64,000 nucleotides of DNA, taken from NCBI GenBank assembly GCA_051047955.1, contig JBPGPT010000046.1:1-64000 (forward strand), in the 5' to 3' direction. The DNA is from Cystobasidiomycetes sp. EMM_F5 (Eukaryota). Below, one piece after another: positions 47,281 to 58,725 of this stretch; position 1 is the stretch's first letter, and each line of letters begins with the position of its first letter. The position numbers were made by a program, and so were the translations under genes. The notes under the pieces were generated by a model, which ran no database searches, was not told the DNA's origin, and was given only the letters and a program-made list of their open reading frames with translations.

Positions 47281-49448
47281 TCACTTCCGCTTGAACGTTT
47301 TGAGCGGATCTTTTCTGCTGCCGCCAGTCTTCCCCCCACGACCCTTTCCGCGTGCTGATTTGCCCCCTCGCGCATTGTTCTTCCGGAAGGGAACGAATTT
47401 GCTGGATGTTCCATCTGATTTCGTTTGCGTTCCATCAGAGCCTGCATCCGCATTTGAAGAACTTGCGCCGCCAACAGGTGCGATTCTCGGCATGAGATAA
47501 GATGGAACGTGTTTCATATGAGGCTGAATTCGTGATGGATGTAACGGCTTGTCATGCTTGAGGAAAGCCAAGTCACGAGGGTTGTCTTCAAAATGCGCTT
47601 TGAGCTTCTCTGAGTTGAGTACCTCATTCTTCAGCTCCTTTATACGCGCTTCGCGAACGGCAGCCCTTGTCACACTGCGGAGCCCGTCTTCCATACGATA
47701 CCGGAAACCTTCGACTTGCTGCATATCAAAGCGGTACTCCTTCAGACTCTCGTTAGCAACGCCGGCAGCACGTTGACCTTTCTCTATCCGCTTCCAGATC
47801 TTCTCGTCACGTCTGGCGGACTTGAGTGACGTATCGAGACCATGCTGATGCTTCGGACCCCATTGAGCTTTTGGCACGACGAAGGACAAAGACATTCCGC
47901 TTCTGCCTGCACGGGCTGTACGCCCAACACGATGGACGTAAGATCGCGATGATGCTGGCAAGTCGAAATTGAGTACACAGGCGACATCTACGAAGTCGAT
48001 GCCGCGAGTAACGCCGTACTCGGCGGTCTTGAAAGAAGTTTTGGACTTGCGCTTCTTGCTGGAGGAAGCCGGTGGCGCCGATATTGCTGAGTGTTTTCGC
48101 TTCTGGCCGGTAGTCGATGCCGATGCTTCAGGCTCCGCGTCTTCAGCATCGCCTTCCTGCCCTTCAACCTCATCCATATCTCCGCCGTCGGGCTGTGTCG
48201 ACATCAGTGCCGTCGATGCAGCAGCCTGGTTCTCTTCGTCTCCCTCATCATCCGAATCTTGTTCAACACCCTCAAGACCACTTTCATCCGTTGCAATGAG
48301 GTACTGGAAGACGCCTCTATTGAATTCCTGTACCGCGTGGTATCGTGAATTGAAAGGGAGTTCAGCATTCAAGACTCCTGCCCTGATGCCGAACTTCTCA
48401 AGGAACAGCTTGACGCGGTAGCCTCTGTCTGTGTCGTTGACGAATATCAAGACTTTGCCCTTGACGAGCCGAAGTTTAAGCAAAACGTAGATAAGTAGGA
48501 ATTTGTCATCTTCTGTAGTATGAATGACGTATTGTGACAATGCTGAGCTGGTCGAGGAGGAAGACGTCGAGGCTGAAGAAGCTGCGTCGGATAGCTTGAT
48601 TGTCACAGGGTTGCGTAGTACAACTCCCTTGAGTTCGTCAACTTCGCCGGTAAGCGTGGCCGACATGAGAAACGACTGATACATTGTCGGCAATGACCAC
48701 TCAGAACCGCCAGACAGGATTGCCTGTATGTCTTCGCTCGAGTGACCGTAGGAAAGGATGAGATCCGCTTCATCAATGACAAGGCTCTCTAGATGAGCAA
48801 GGTCGAGTGACTGTAGAAAGAGGCTTGAATATGGCTTTGATAGACAGTGCTTGTTAAAAAATGCCCACCTTTGCTCGCAGATGCATGAGCGCCCTGGAAG
48901 GCGTTGCGACGACGACATCTGGCTTGTCAGCCAAGGCCATTCTGTACGACAACAGTCCATCAGCGTTGACATTTGAACTCTTGATGCAGCCGAGCTTACT
49001 TCTGTATCTTGTCTGAAGAAGCTTTGCCTTTGCCTTTACCACTGTTTTGCGTGCCAGAGGCCAAACTGACAACGCGGACAGCATCCTGTTCCGTCAGGAA
49101 TTGGCACAGAGTCTTGAGATGGTCTGTAACCTGCTCCGCCAGCTCCCTCGTGGGCACGAGAATGAGACATCTTGTCGCCAGATAATTTTCGTTTCCAGCG
49201 TATCCGCCCTCGAGCTTTCTCCTGGCCGTCAGGATTCGCTGGACGAGTGGAATACCGTACGCCAGAGTCTTGCCGCTGCCTGTCCGTGCTCGGGCTAGAA
49301 TGTCCTTGCCTTCTTTCAAAGCCAACGGAAATATTGCCGCTTGGATGGGTGTCGGGTGTGTGAAGCCTTGAGCAGCTAGCGACCGCAGTAGTCGGCCATC
49401 AATGCTGGAGCCCAGTGATGCAAACGAGGGCACAGCATCGGTGGACAT
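47281..49448 (-). CDS. DBP9: ATP-dependent DEAD-box RNA helicase (60S biogenesis)
   Basis: [76 protein letters not shown] and DPLKTF. Confidence 0.96.
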
Positions 49449-49672
49449 AGTCAGGCAGCACAGTCGCCAACAAAGCAGTATATGTTGCGGTCAAGTCATG
49501 ATGCAAAACCTGCATGCGAGCTGATCGGGGCCCAAGTCGAGCAATATGACCGAGCAATGCTGACGAGCTTGCTACTGACTCGAAACTAACCTGTGACTAC
49601 TGACGGTACTTGTATTGTCCTAGTCCTAAATCCTTCCACCTGTTCCTTTCCTTCCAAATATCGATACTCACC

Positions 49673-50932
49673 ATGACCAGCTCACCTCGGCCAAATCCCT
49701 CAGTCATTGACTACAACATACCTGAAGGCTGCTACCGCATTCCTGATGACCTCCTCGACTTGCGATCCGATGACGAAATAGACGCGGTGCTTCAGAATCC
49801 TCCCACTATTGATCCGGGATCCGACAAGAACATCTGGTTCTTTTGGCACTCAGGCTTCAAAAACATGCATGGCTATACACAGCGTAATGTTCGTGCTTGG
49901 CATCGTCGCTTCTCGAAGCATGGATGGGTGATACGCGTCGTCGACCGTGTGCCAAATTCGCCTTGCAACGTGTCGGAATTTCTGGATGTTACGGATATCA
50001 ATACATTTCCCAGAGCTTTTATTGATGGCACACTAGGTGGAAAGTACGGGCCTCAACACACTTCTGACCTCGTCCGCTGGCCCTTGCTCCTCAAACATGG
50101 CGGTGTATACGCAGACGTTGGCCTCTTGCAGATCGGAGATCTGAATAAGCTATGGGAAGCAACCATCGGAGATCCACAGTCGCCAATCGAAGTCGTATCT
50201 TTCAATCCCGGCGATCCCGATGTCCGGACTCTGATGAACTACTTCATGTGCGCCAAGAAGAATTCTCCATTCTTCTTACGATGTCATCAGCTGTTTCTGG
50301 TGCTCTGGGCAGAGGAAGGCGGGAAGACATCTACAGACGGCATGCACGCTAGTCCATTACTCAGAGGTGTTCCTTTACTTAAGATGGCACAAGCGTTTAC
50401 GGATGATGACGGGAAGCACTACACCGCAGACGAGGCATCCATACTGTTATCAGACTACATTACACAGGGCCAAGTCATCACCATGGTCATGTCAATAATC
50501 GACGCTGAAGATGGCTGGAATGGTCCAGAATACGTTGCGGAACACGTGTATGCCATGGAATTCATGGTCGGAGCGCAGCTTATCAACGAGTACACTCAAT
50601 GGAATGGTACGCGGGCTTTCGAGCTCATGTCATTACATCTACCAATCCGTGACCAAGCAGAATCTTCCGACCAGGAACAAGCTAGAAAAATAGTAGAAGC
50701 GTGCCTTTCGAAAAGCTTTTCCTTTAAACTGGCCCATGGTCTCATCATACGTGTGCTGGGAGAAACCCTCGGCTCGCTTTGGCGAAGTAATCCTGGCTCA
50801 GACATTGTTTCGGACACGTACGCTCACTGGTTGAGATTCGGCATAGAGCGCTGGACGCAATATGAAACGCCAGAACGCGTTCCATTCAAACCATACAATG
50901 CTATAAAAAGGGGAAAACTTTTGGCAGAATGA
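49673..50932 (+). CDS. Capsule-polysaccharide-synthesis-type glycosyltransferase (GT32/Caps_synth), intronless, no membrane anchor
   Basis: KNIWFFWHSG, SDLVRWPLLLKHGGVYADVG and NYFMCAKKNSPF. Single uninterrupted 419-aa ORF from ATG 49673. Confidence 0.85.
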   Translation: MTSSPRPNPSVIDYNIPEGCYRIPDDLLDLRSDDEIDAVLQNPPTIDPGSDKNIWFFWHSGFKNMHGYTQRNVRAWHRRFSKHGWVIRVVDRVPNSPCNVSEFLDVTDINTFPRAFIDGTLGGKYGPQHTSDLVRWPLLLKHGGVYADVGLLQIGDLNKLWEATIGDPQSPIEVVSFNPGDPDVRTLMNYFMCAKKNSPFFLRCHQLFLVLWAEEGGKTSTDGMHASPLLRGVPLLKMAQAFTDDDGKHYTADEASILLSDYITQGQVITMVMSIIDAEDGWNGPEYVAEHVYAMEFMVGAQLINEYTQWNGTRAFELMSLHLPIRDQAESSDQEQARKIVEACLSKSFSFKLAHGLIIRVLGETLGSLWRSNPGSDIVSDTYAHWLRFGIERWTQYETPERVPFKPYNAIKRGKLLAE

Positions 50933-51041
50933 TGGCATTTTTAGGAGATGCCCGCGATGTCCGCCAGCGGGTGGTCTAGGATCTCAATCCAAAGGTCTAT
51001 AGCAGCTACAACAGCACGGCGTCTCCGGATACCACGCTTGC

Positions 51042-51757
51042 TCAACGAGGTGGTATATTCGGGAGTCCCCTGGTGACGGCCACTCGGCGGAGCATGCCTT
51101 CAACGCGAAGATGCTCCAAAAAGCCACGCATATTGCTGTACCTTTGCCGTATCGATGCAGTGTGATACTTCTGATAGTAGGCGCCAACAAAACTGGTGGC
51201 ATGTTCATTAACAGATATACAAGTCGCACAACTGGAGCAGATAGCCGTACGAGCGTTAGATGCATGCAACAAATTGTATGCAGGCTGGATCTCACCGGCT
51301 GCAAAAGATCTCGACGGGTTTGCCCTGATTGTCTAGTGTCACGCCTTTGAAGGCTGCGATCGGCGCATTACCGCAGGTACCAGCTCCTCGTCTAGCGTCA
51401 CAGGCCTCTCCAGTATGAAACTCTTCCGTAAAGTCACCAGGGAATGCTAGTGCTGGGTTCCCAACTTGTAAAAAGAGCGACGTTGCTGGCACGTCATTGA
51501 CTATGTTCTTTTGGCAAGAAAGTAAGAGCGCTGTGAGATTGACCAAACGCGATTGAGACAGCCGGCTGTCGTTCCTGTCGATGACGGCGCGAGACGTCCC
51601 TGAAGTGTACGATCAGCCTCACCGTCTATCAAAGATTTGCCCTGCCTTTACTTTTGGCTACTCGGTTGTCCGCCGAAGGCAGGAGAGCATCTCGTGTTCG
51701 TGGAGACGCGCGCTGTGATGATCCTTTATTATTATTCGTGCGTCGCGTAGATGACAT
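51042..51757 (-). CDS. Orphan three-exon protein with a Cys cluster
   Basis: TATAAA about 60 nt upstream of ATG 51757. A GTGAGA...CTAAC...CTCCAG intron joins ORFs 51292-51546 and 51042-51272 in frame, giving IFCSR-CATC. Confidence 0.45.
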
Positions 51758-52879
51758 GATCTGCTTATACGAGGGGAGCTCGTGGGATTCAGATCTGATT
51801 GCTCGAAGCAGTCCTTTATATGTCTTGCCAGCGTCTTCACGTATTTAGCCTATCTTGGACCAGGCGTCGATAGTCGATAGTGTCGCTAGAGAGTCAGCTG
51901 GAAGCAGTCAACTGCCCATAAGACTCATGAAATATCACACTGTAAATCGCTGCAAAGCCTCGTGAGGCGGGGGCACCATAGCCATCAGCATAAAAGGGTT
52001 CATGCCAGACCCCAACACCGCCGGTTTCCATCGGCACGGGATTCTGATGTGAAGGAAGGAGAATCTGGTATGTATGTTCAGCTACGCAATTGGTTGCCCG
52101 CAACGCTGCAGACATTTAGCAGCCTTTACACCCTATGCTTCTTACGTGGCGCGAGATTCCAAGTCTCCCAGGTTGATCCATGGTGCTAAAGCGATCGTTT
52201 CAGTGCCGTGACGCGCTACTGACGATATATGAGATCTCTAACGATTTCGTACACGCTGTCAGGCACAGCGTTGTATCACTGCCTCGTTACTATATTATTT
52301 GTCAGTATCCTGGACGAAAGCGGAGAAAATCCAATGCCAACAGCACAGGTCACGGCGATATGGCAGGCCCTGGTTGCGAACTTTCACCGACATTGTGTAC
52401 GTTGTGAGCTATCGCGCAGGGCTGGCAATGGCCGCTCATCGTGGTTAGTCATTATCGAAATTCGGTCAATTCGGACTGCCCAATATCTTGGCACTAGGTG
52501 AGATGAATAACCATCGTCTATTCGAACACAAGCTCGCTGTCGCCGTACAAGCTGTCAAAAACATCGAGGCCGGATGACACCGGTCCGGACAATTAGGGAA
52601 CTGCGGTGAGAGCAAGTGAGACGCGAGGATGTGGATGCACATTCAGAAAGACTTTGTTGGGGAGAGCGTGGCTGCATGATCTGTTGCATCGGAGTTGGCG
52701 AAAGAATGGTTTCGGGTTGTGATGTTGGGCAAATCAAAAAGCCTCTTGACTTTGCAATGACCTAACCGGATTGCACAAGATCACGCTGCAACAGCCGATA
52801 TCCAGCTACTCAGCTACTCAGGTGCTAATCGCAGGCCTACGGACGTTACACAGGTGTACTTGCACGAGGCGCTTCAACT

Positions 52880-54823
52880 ATGACGAGCACTCCGTCCGGC
52901 TTGAGTGAAACGGCCACAGGAGCCCAGGCAGCCGTGCAACCTCTGTATAGATTCGTGCCTACGGACAAACACCGTCGCCATAACACTACGTTCACTTCGT
53001 CTAGTAGTGCCGCTGGGGGGAATCTTCCGTCTGGTCGGCCCGGCAGCCAGCTTCCATCAGCCGAACACGCTATCCCAGCACGAATCCTAACTAACCTCAG
53101 CACGCTGGTAACTCTCCTGGAGAAGCAGAACAATCGTTTCGAAGCGATAGAGAACCGATTAGAGCGCTCCGAGAATGCGATACGAAACAGTCTGCAAGCC
53201 ATTGACGAGTGTACGACCAAGCAAGCCAGCACTCTCGAAATGTTCTGTGAGTTGCGCCGGCAAGAGCAGCGACAATGAGGACCCCGGTAGACTAATTGAC
53301 CTCTTTGCAATCGTCACAACGAAACAGCGAGCGTGACCCTCAAAGTTCTGAAGGCAGACTTGCATTCGCTCGTCGCTGCTGACTTGCTCACGCTGCGAAA
53401 CGAGGCGGCTGAATTCAGAGAGGCTACCAAGAGCTCGTCGGAAACCACTTCGAAGCAGAACCAAATAGCATCCCTACAAGCTGTCGTCCAGCCACTACAA
53501 GCAGATATGCGACAGTTGGCCGACGGTATACGTCAGGTCAACGAGGTACGTACGGCTTGTATTATGATATAATCTGGGCTCTCTTGACAGTCTTGTACAA
53601 AGCGCATTGACCTAATGAGCAAGGCGAACGAAGGGACGCAACCACTCCTGCCTATACTAACACAGAGCATACTGCAACATCGGGTAGTGACCGATCGCTT
53701 CGATGCCTTTGACAGGCAATTGCAGACGCTGAAGACTCAACCTATTATCATCCAAACCGTGCCTGTTCCCGGTCCTACCGCACAAATCAAGCCTGCTCCG
53801 TCCACTGACAGAGTCTCCGTGAACGCTCCTCTCCGCCACGCTGCGACTCCTACGTCCTTTCCGCCATCACAATCTCCAATGAATCGCCTCCAGACTACAG
53901 TCGCGACGAGCATGATTCCGAACAATTCGACTAATAAGCAGCCCCATACTCCCGGTACTGTTCTTCAGCCAATCAGGACACTCAGTCAGTCCGCTTTCGA
54001 GCAGATACAGACGCAAATGTCGAGTGAAGCACGGCAACAGGTTCCCTATAGAGGGGCAACTCCGGCACAACAAGGCTCAGTAGTGTTGCAACACTCCTCT
54101 ACTGTCCCTTCGCTACTCCGAAACAACAGCATGGCTGCGGCTAATGGTAAATCCGCAACGATGACCATCGCAGCTAATCAGACACCACGGGTCGGTACGC
54201 GATTTGCAGATTTCAGCTTTTCGGCAATCGAGCAAATAGCTCAAGCCGGCTCAGTGCCTCTTTCCGCATCGAATCTGCGTGAGATGCAACGATACGACAA
54301 CCTTTACGCATCGAGCAGTAACAATACTTTTCCATTTCCCTCCCCAAACCGCCCACTTCCCAGGCCGGAGAGCAATACCGACTTACCGGCAACAGTAGTA
54401 CCTAACTCGAGATCCGACTCCAACAACAGCGGCATCGAAGATATGCTGCGACAGTCGCAAATGACCAACTTGACAGATTTTCTCTTTCCCACATCCCCTA
54501 AGCAGGCTGGTTCTGCCAAAGCCAATGGCAACTTTTCAACAACCAATAATAAGGATGCGGACGGGTCCAAGCAAACCAGTCATTTATCTCGTAGTAAACG
54601 GCAAGAAACTCCCGTACATTTGACAAGCGCTCCACGCAAGCACCTCTCCATCTCGACCACAACATCCGGACGGCCGGAATCCAGCGGGAGCAATAAGCGC
54701 AAGAAGAGAAAAATCAACCAGAGCGAAGAAGAGGTTATGACAGAAGACATCCCGGATGACGAAAGCCTCCCAGATATCCGCAACAGTATGAACCGGAAGA
54801 AAGCTCGCATCGTTACAAACTAG
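52880..54823 (+). CDS. Hypothetical coiled-coil protein with S/T/P/Q-rich tail and basic NLS
   Basis: ORFs 52880-53278, 53333-53572 and 53615-54823 join through two introns. Heptad-like segment LEKQNNRFEAIENRLERSE...; C-terminal KRKKRK and RKKAR. Confidence 0.7.
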
Positions 54824-55304
54824 TCATACTAACATCAAAGAGCTGCTCAAGCCTCAACGGGCGCTTACGACTCAGCTTAGCAAGAGTGGAGCCTGTGCGA
54901 AAGTAGTAATCTCGCGCCGATGGGTCACGAAGACATTTGTGTACGCTTTATGATTCATCAACGCGACGAGCGATGTAATACCGCAAGAGGGGTAGTCATT
55001 GTTGTCGTTATCATTGTCGTTATCGTTAGAACTGAGCAGTCAAGAGGATTATGATACAACACTGGTGATACTCTTTGGGTGAAATTATAATTGAAAGACC
55101 ATTTCAACCAACGATTGCTGGGGAAAACGTGTATACTTAGTGCTAGATGCGTAGATAGAGGTCGTTACTTGTTTTTGGGAGGATACGTGATAGCGTGAAC
55201 GCAAGTCCATCAAGGGTATGTAGATACGCGACTTGATTTCCACAAGAGATAGACGGCAGCGGTACGTAATAGGAGATCGCATATCCGAGTATCGACACGA
55301 CACG

Positions 55305-57038
55305 TCAAGCACAATGCTTTTTGAAGAAGTTGCCCTCAAAAGAACTTTCCAATGCCGAACCGAAGCCATCTTCCGCTGCCGCATCGCGACCATGTTTGCG
55401 AGGGTTTGCAGCAAACTCTGCAAGAGATTCCCAAGATGCTATGTTTCGCATGCCACGCCCTGCCTGAACGTAGCGATGGTCCAGGAAGGTGGTGCTGTGA
55501 GCAGGTGCAGAGAATATGGTACCGCTTCCTTCGCCTTGATCGGCATTATCGTGTGCCATGCGGGTACAATGGCTAGGTTGACGAGGGGACGGCGAGGGAG
55601 TTCCAGGTGGACTCTCACACAACGCTGACCGCGAGCTGCTATCAGATCCGACTGACCAGCTGATGCTTGGCACAGAGCCTGGCGTGGAGGACTCTGGGGT
55701 ACGCGACTGTCGTGCTGGAGTCGTCTGGTTACTAGCAGCAGAGGCATGGTCGAAAGTCCGTTTACGGTGAAAAGGTGCAGCATCATCTCCTAGGTGCTCG
55801 ATGGATGGCTTACTAGAGGCAGCGGTAGATACGGATCTTGCAGTGAAGCAGGAGGATGCCACTGACGCCACGGATGAGCCGTAGATGCTGGAATTGATTT
55901 CATCATGCATTCGCATGGACTCCGTGCTACCAGCATACGATGGAGCAGAGTAAAGTCCTGGGCGGACTGGGTATGCAGATGAGAGCGAAGAAGTAGAGAT
56001 GGAGCCTGAAGCAGTACGTAGGATTGGGTGATGATTCATGTAGCTACCGCTTGCGGTAGACGAAGTCGGACCATGTAGCATGACAGGAGCGTCTTCGCCG
56101 CTGCTGATATGCGTGAAGGTCATCGAGCGTGCGAGACGATTCATGCTTGGCATGTGCTGAGCAGGGGTTGGCTTGCATCCGGACAAGCTGGAAGAGGTAT
56201 CTGAGCGAATGCGATTGGAAAAGAAGATGGACGGAGCGTATTCGCTGGATTGATTGAGCTTATCCGATAGCCTGCAGAAGAAGCAGAGTCAGAGGGTCTA
56301 ACTTGTGCGCATGCTGCTCTGATAGCATACCGAGATATGGCCGACATGTTGCGCATGATGGGCAAGTCATCAGCCGAATCATTGCGCCGCAGACGACGTC
56401 GCTTGGGCTAGACGAACCGAAAGGCATAAATCAGTGCAACACGAATGACGTTAGTAGCCTGACTCACCGTAGCGTCGATGTCCGTTTCGTCAGCGGGACG
56501 AGGGGTGGCCTCAATATGCGATGCTCCCTGTCGGGACGCTGCTTCTTTCTCTCTTGCCAAAGCTAATGCGCGTGTACGAGTGGCAGCAATGCTATGAACC
56601 CAGTCGTCGCGGTATATGCGACGACAGGCGCGGGCTATATTATGTAGAAGCTGACTCGGAGGCACGCCGCTGAACGGAGTCTCCAAGGCGGCTTCCTCCA
56701 CGCAGCGTTCATATACCTGCAATATCCACTTAGTATACGCGTCATTTCGAGATTTATTCGCGTCAGTTGCCCACCGAAGTCAGTCGCTCCACTTCCTCGG
56801 TGGTCCACTCGACCTCGTCTTCGTCATCGATACTACCAAGTGTAGACGTGCTTGACGTGCGACGGAGCAGACGCGTTCGAGGATTGAAGTTGAAGCCCGT
56901 CGCCGTGCACGGGGTTGTAGCCATGTCCGGAGTCATTGGACTATATGGCGATGGCGACGATATTTCTCGCGCGTCGTCCCCTGGAACAGACATTACTGAG
57001 CCAGACCTGCCGCGAAACATCTGTAAATGCGGCAGCAT
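55305..57038 (-). CDS. Fungal protein of unknown function, S/P-rich
   Basis: Exon ORFs 56763-57038, 56408-56722, 56141-56365 and 55305-56186. Folded-looking core EWTTEEVERL-VYE...PFSGVPPSQLLHNIAR...WVHSIAATR; also LRRNDSADDL. Confidence 0.7.
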
Positions 57039-58725
57039 GTTTGCGTCGATGAGACTGTGATGCGGATGTGTTTCTGCGCTGACGTCTTTGTTCGACTAGC
57101 GCTACTTATGATGTATGAGGTGTAGTTTTGTTTTGAATTGGGTTGGTAAGACACCAAAGTTGCGCGATTGTTGAGATTTTCCGATACGTTTTACAGCGCC
57201 TCGCCGTTCCGTTCACGCGTCGTCAGGGCGAGTTGAGTCCCAAATCGACAGAGAATCGAGTGTGGAGTGGTAAACAAAGTCGCAGGGAAGCTGAGTACAA
57301 AGTGCACTGAAGTCTTGAGTACTGTTTCGATTCTTCGTGTGCACTTGCTGCTGTTGAATGAGTGGAGCGGAGCAGCGAAGGACGCGCCTATTTTTCGTGC
57401 GACAGGCCAGAAAAGCCAGGCGCACGGTCTCCCTGAAAGCGGCTATTCGCTTGCCTCGTCGCTTGTACCGTAAGCACCGCGAAGTGTTGCCAGGGCAGAC
57501 TGAGCCAGGCCTTCGATGTGCGTGCTTTACGCGGGTTGCTGGGCCATGTCGTGCAGGGAGACTCGGGACCGGTAGGAATTTCCCACACAATTGCGACTCT
57601 GCAGATTCTGCTAACGTAAGATTAGCCTCTTTTGCAAGTCAGCATTGTAAAACGCCGCGTTTGGTTTTCTCAGTGCTCCCAGACCGCCGCAACAGTCCGA
57701 GCGAGCCGTGCGCATGCGCATGAAAAGCAGTGAAAAGGGTCAGAACGTCAAAGAATCGGAAAGCATTCGAATGGCACGAAGGCTCGTTCTTCTTAAGGTG
57801 CGGAGGTCCATATTGACATCGAATGCTTGATTGGTCTCCGCCACGGTTGGCAACCGGAGCTCGGCCGTAAATGGTCCTGCAGGCGTGCCTCCACATCCAC
57901 TACTGGCGTGGTGCAGCGTCTTCATTTGACGTGTGAGTTACTGAAGCGCTTTCAGTCTATGCAGGATGCTCAATTAAGGGAGCAAAGCGAATGTGGCATA
58001 TCCTATCTGGTTTGCAATCGGTCGAGAGTAGGCGGGCTGTCTCCACATGTACACTGACTACTTTCGCCCGACAATTCCTATAAACACAGTCATACACCCT
58101 TGCGAGCTGACTCTAGGCCTACTGACAGGGCTCGAAATGTAAATGCTAATTGATGTCCATTCGACCCTAGCATGCAATCATTATCTTCCGCAGCTGCGTC
58201 ATATGCTGTCTTCGAGCTGCGAAAATTGTTTATACCGCCTTTAAAGCTCGGCATGCATGTGTCCGCGGTGCGATCTTGCCGTTGCACGCGAAGACGAAAG
58301 CGGAGAGCCGTCGAAACTATCGAAAACAGGTGTGTTCCGTCAATGAAAGTTGGTCAGCACGATATATGCATACGCAAGGTTTCATAAGGCCGTAAGGTAA
58401 CGACTGTTTCCACGACAAGTCCCTCGCTTAGCTGAAGGTCTGAAAAGTCTTAGTTATTGGAATACTGTACTAACTCCCCTTCCCGCGTAGAGGCTGCAAA
58501 ACCGTAACAGCAGACCGATGCTTCAAGCATGCTAGATACAAGCATGGGGATTATTCGTTGTTGGCCGTAGATTCAAACAATGCATGGTTGTTGTTGAGAA
58601 ATGTATGGTCGGGAAGTGCTCGTGTTTCGGCGACCCTTGTCTTCGTAGCAAAAGCTTGGAATACGATGAATGTCATACGGCTACAGTGCTTCTAAGCATG
58701 ACTCACGTCGAGAACACCTACAATC

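Noticed and set aside
14681..50932. Glycan/cell-wall 'cluster' (PMI, CHS4, GT31, GT32)
   Set aside because: Spread over 36 kb among unrelated housekeeping genes; no evidence of a real cluster.
54996..55027. Imperfect (GTCGTTATCATT)-like repeat
   Set aside because: Low-complexity trinucleotide-derived 3'UTR sequence; not a CRISPR or mobile-element signature.
57709..57720. Perfect palindrome TGCGCATGCGCA in the long divergent intergenic region
   Set aside because: Single occurrence with no cognate fungal factor I can name; insufficient alone.
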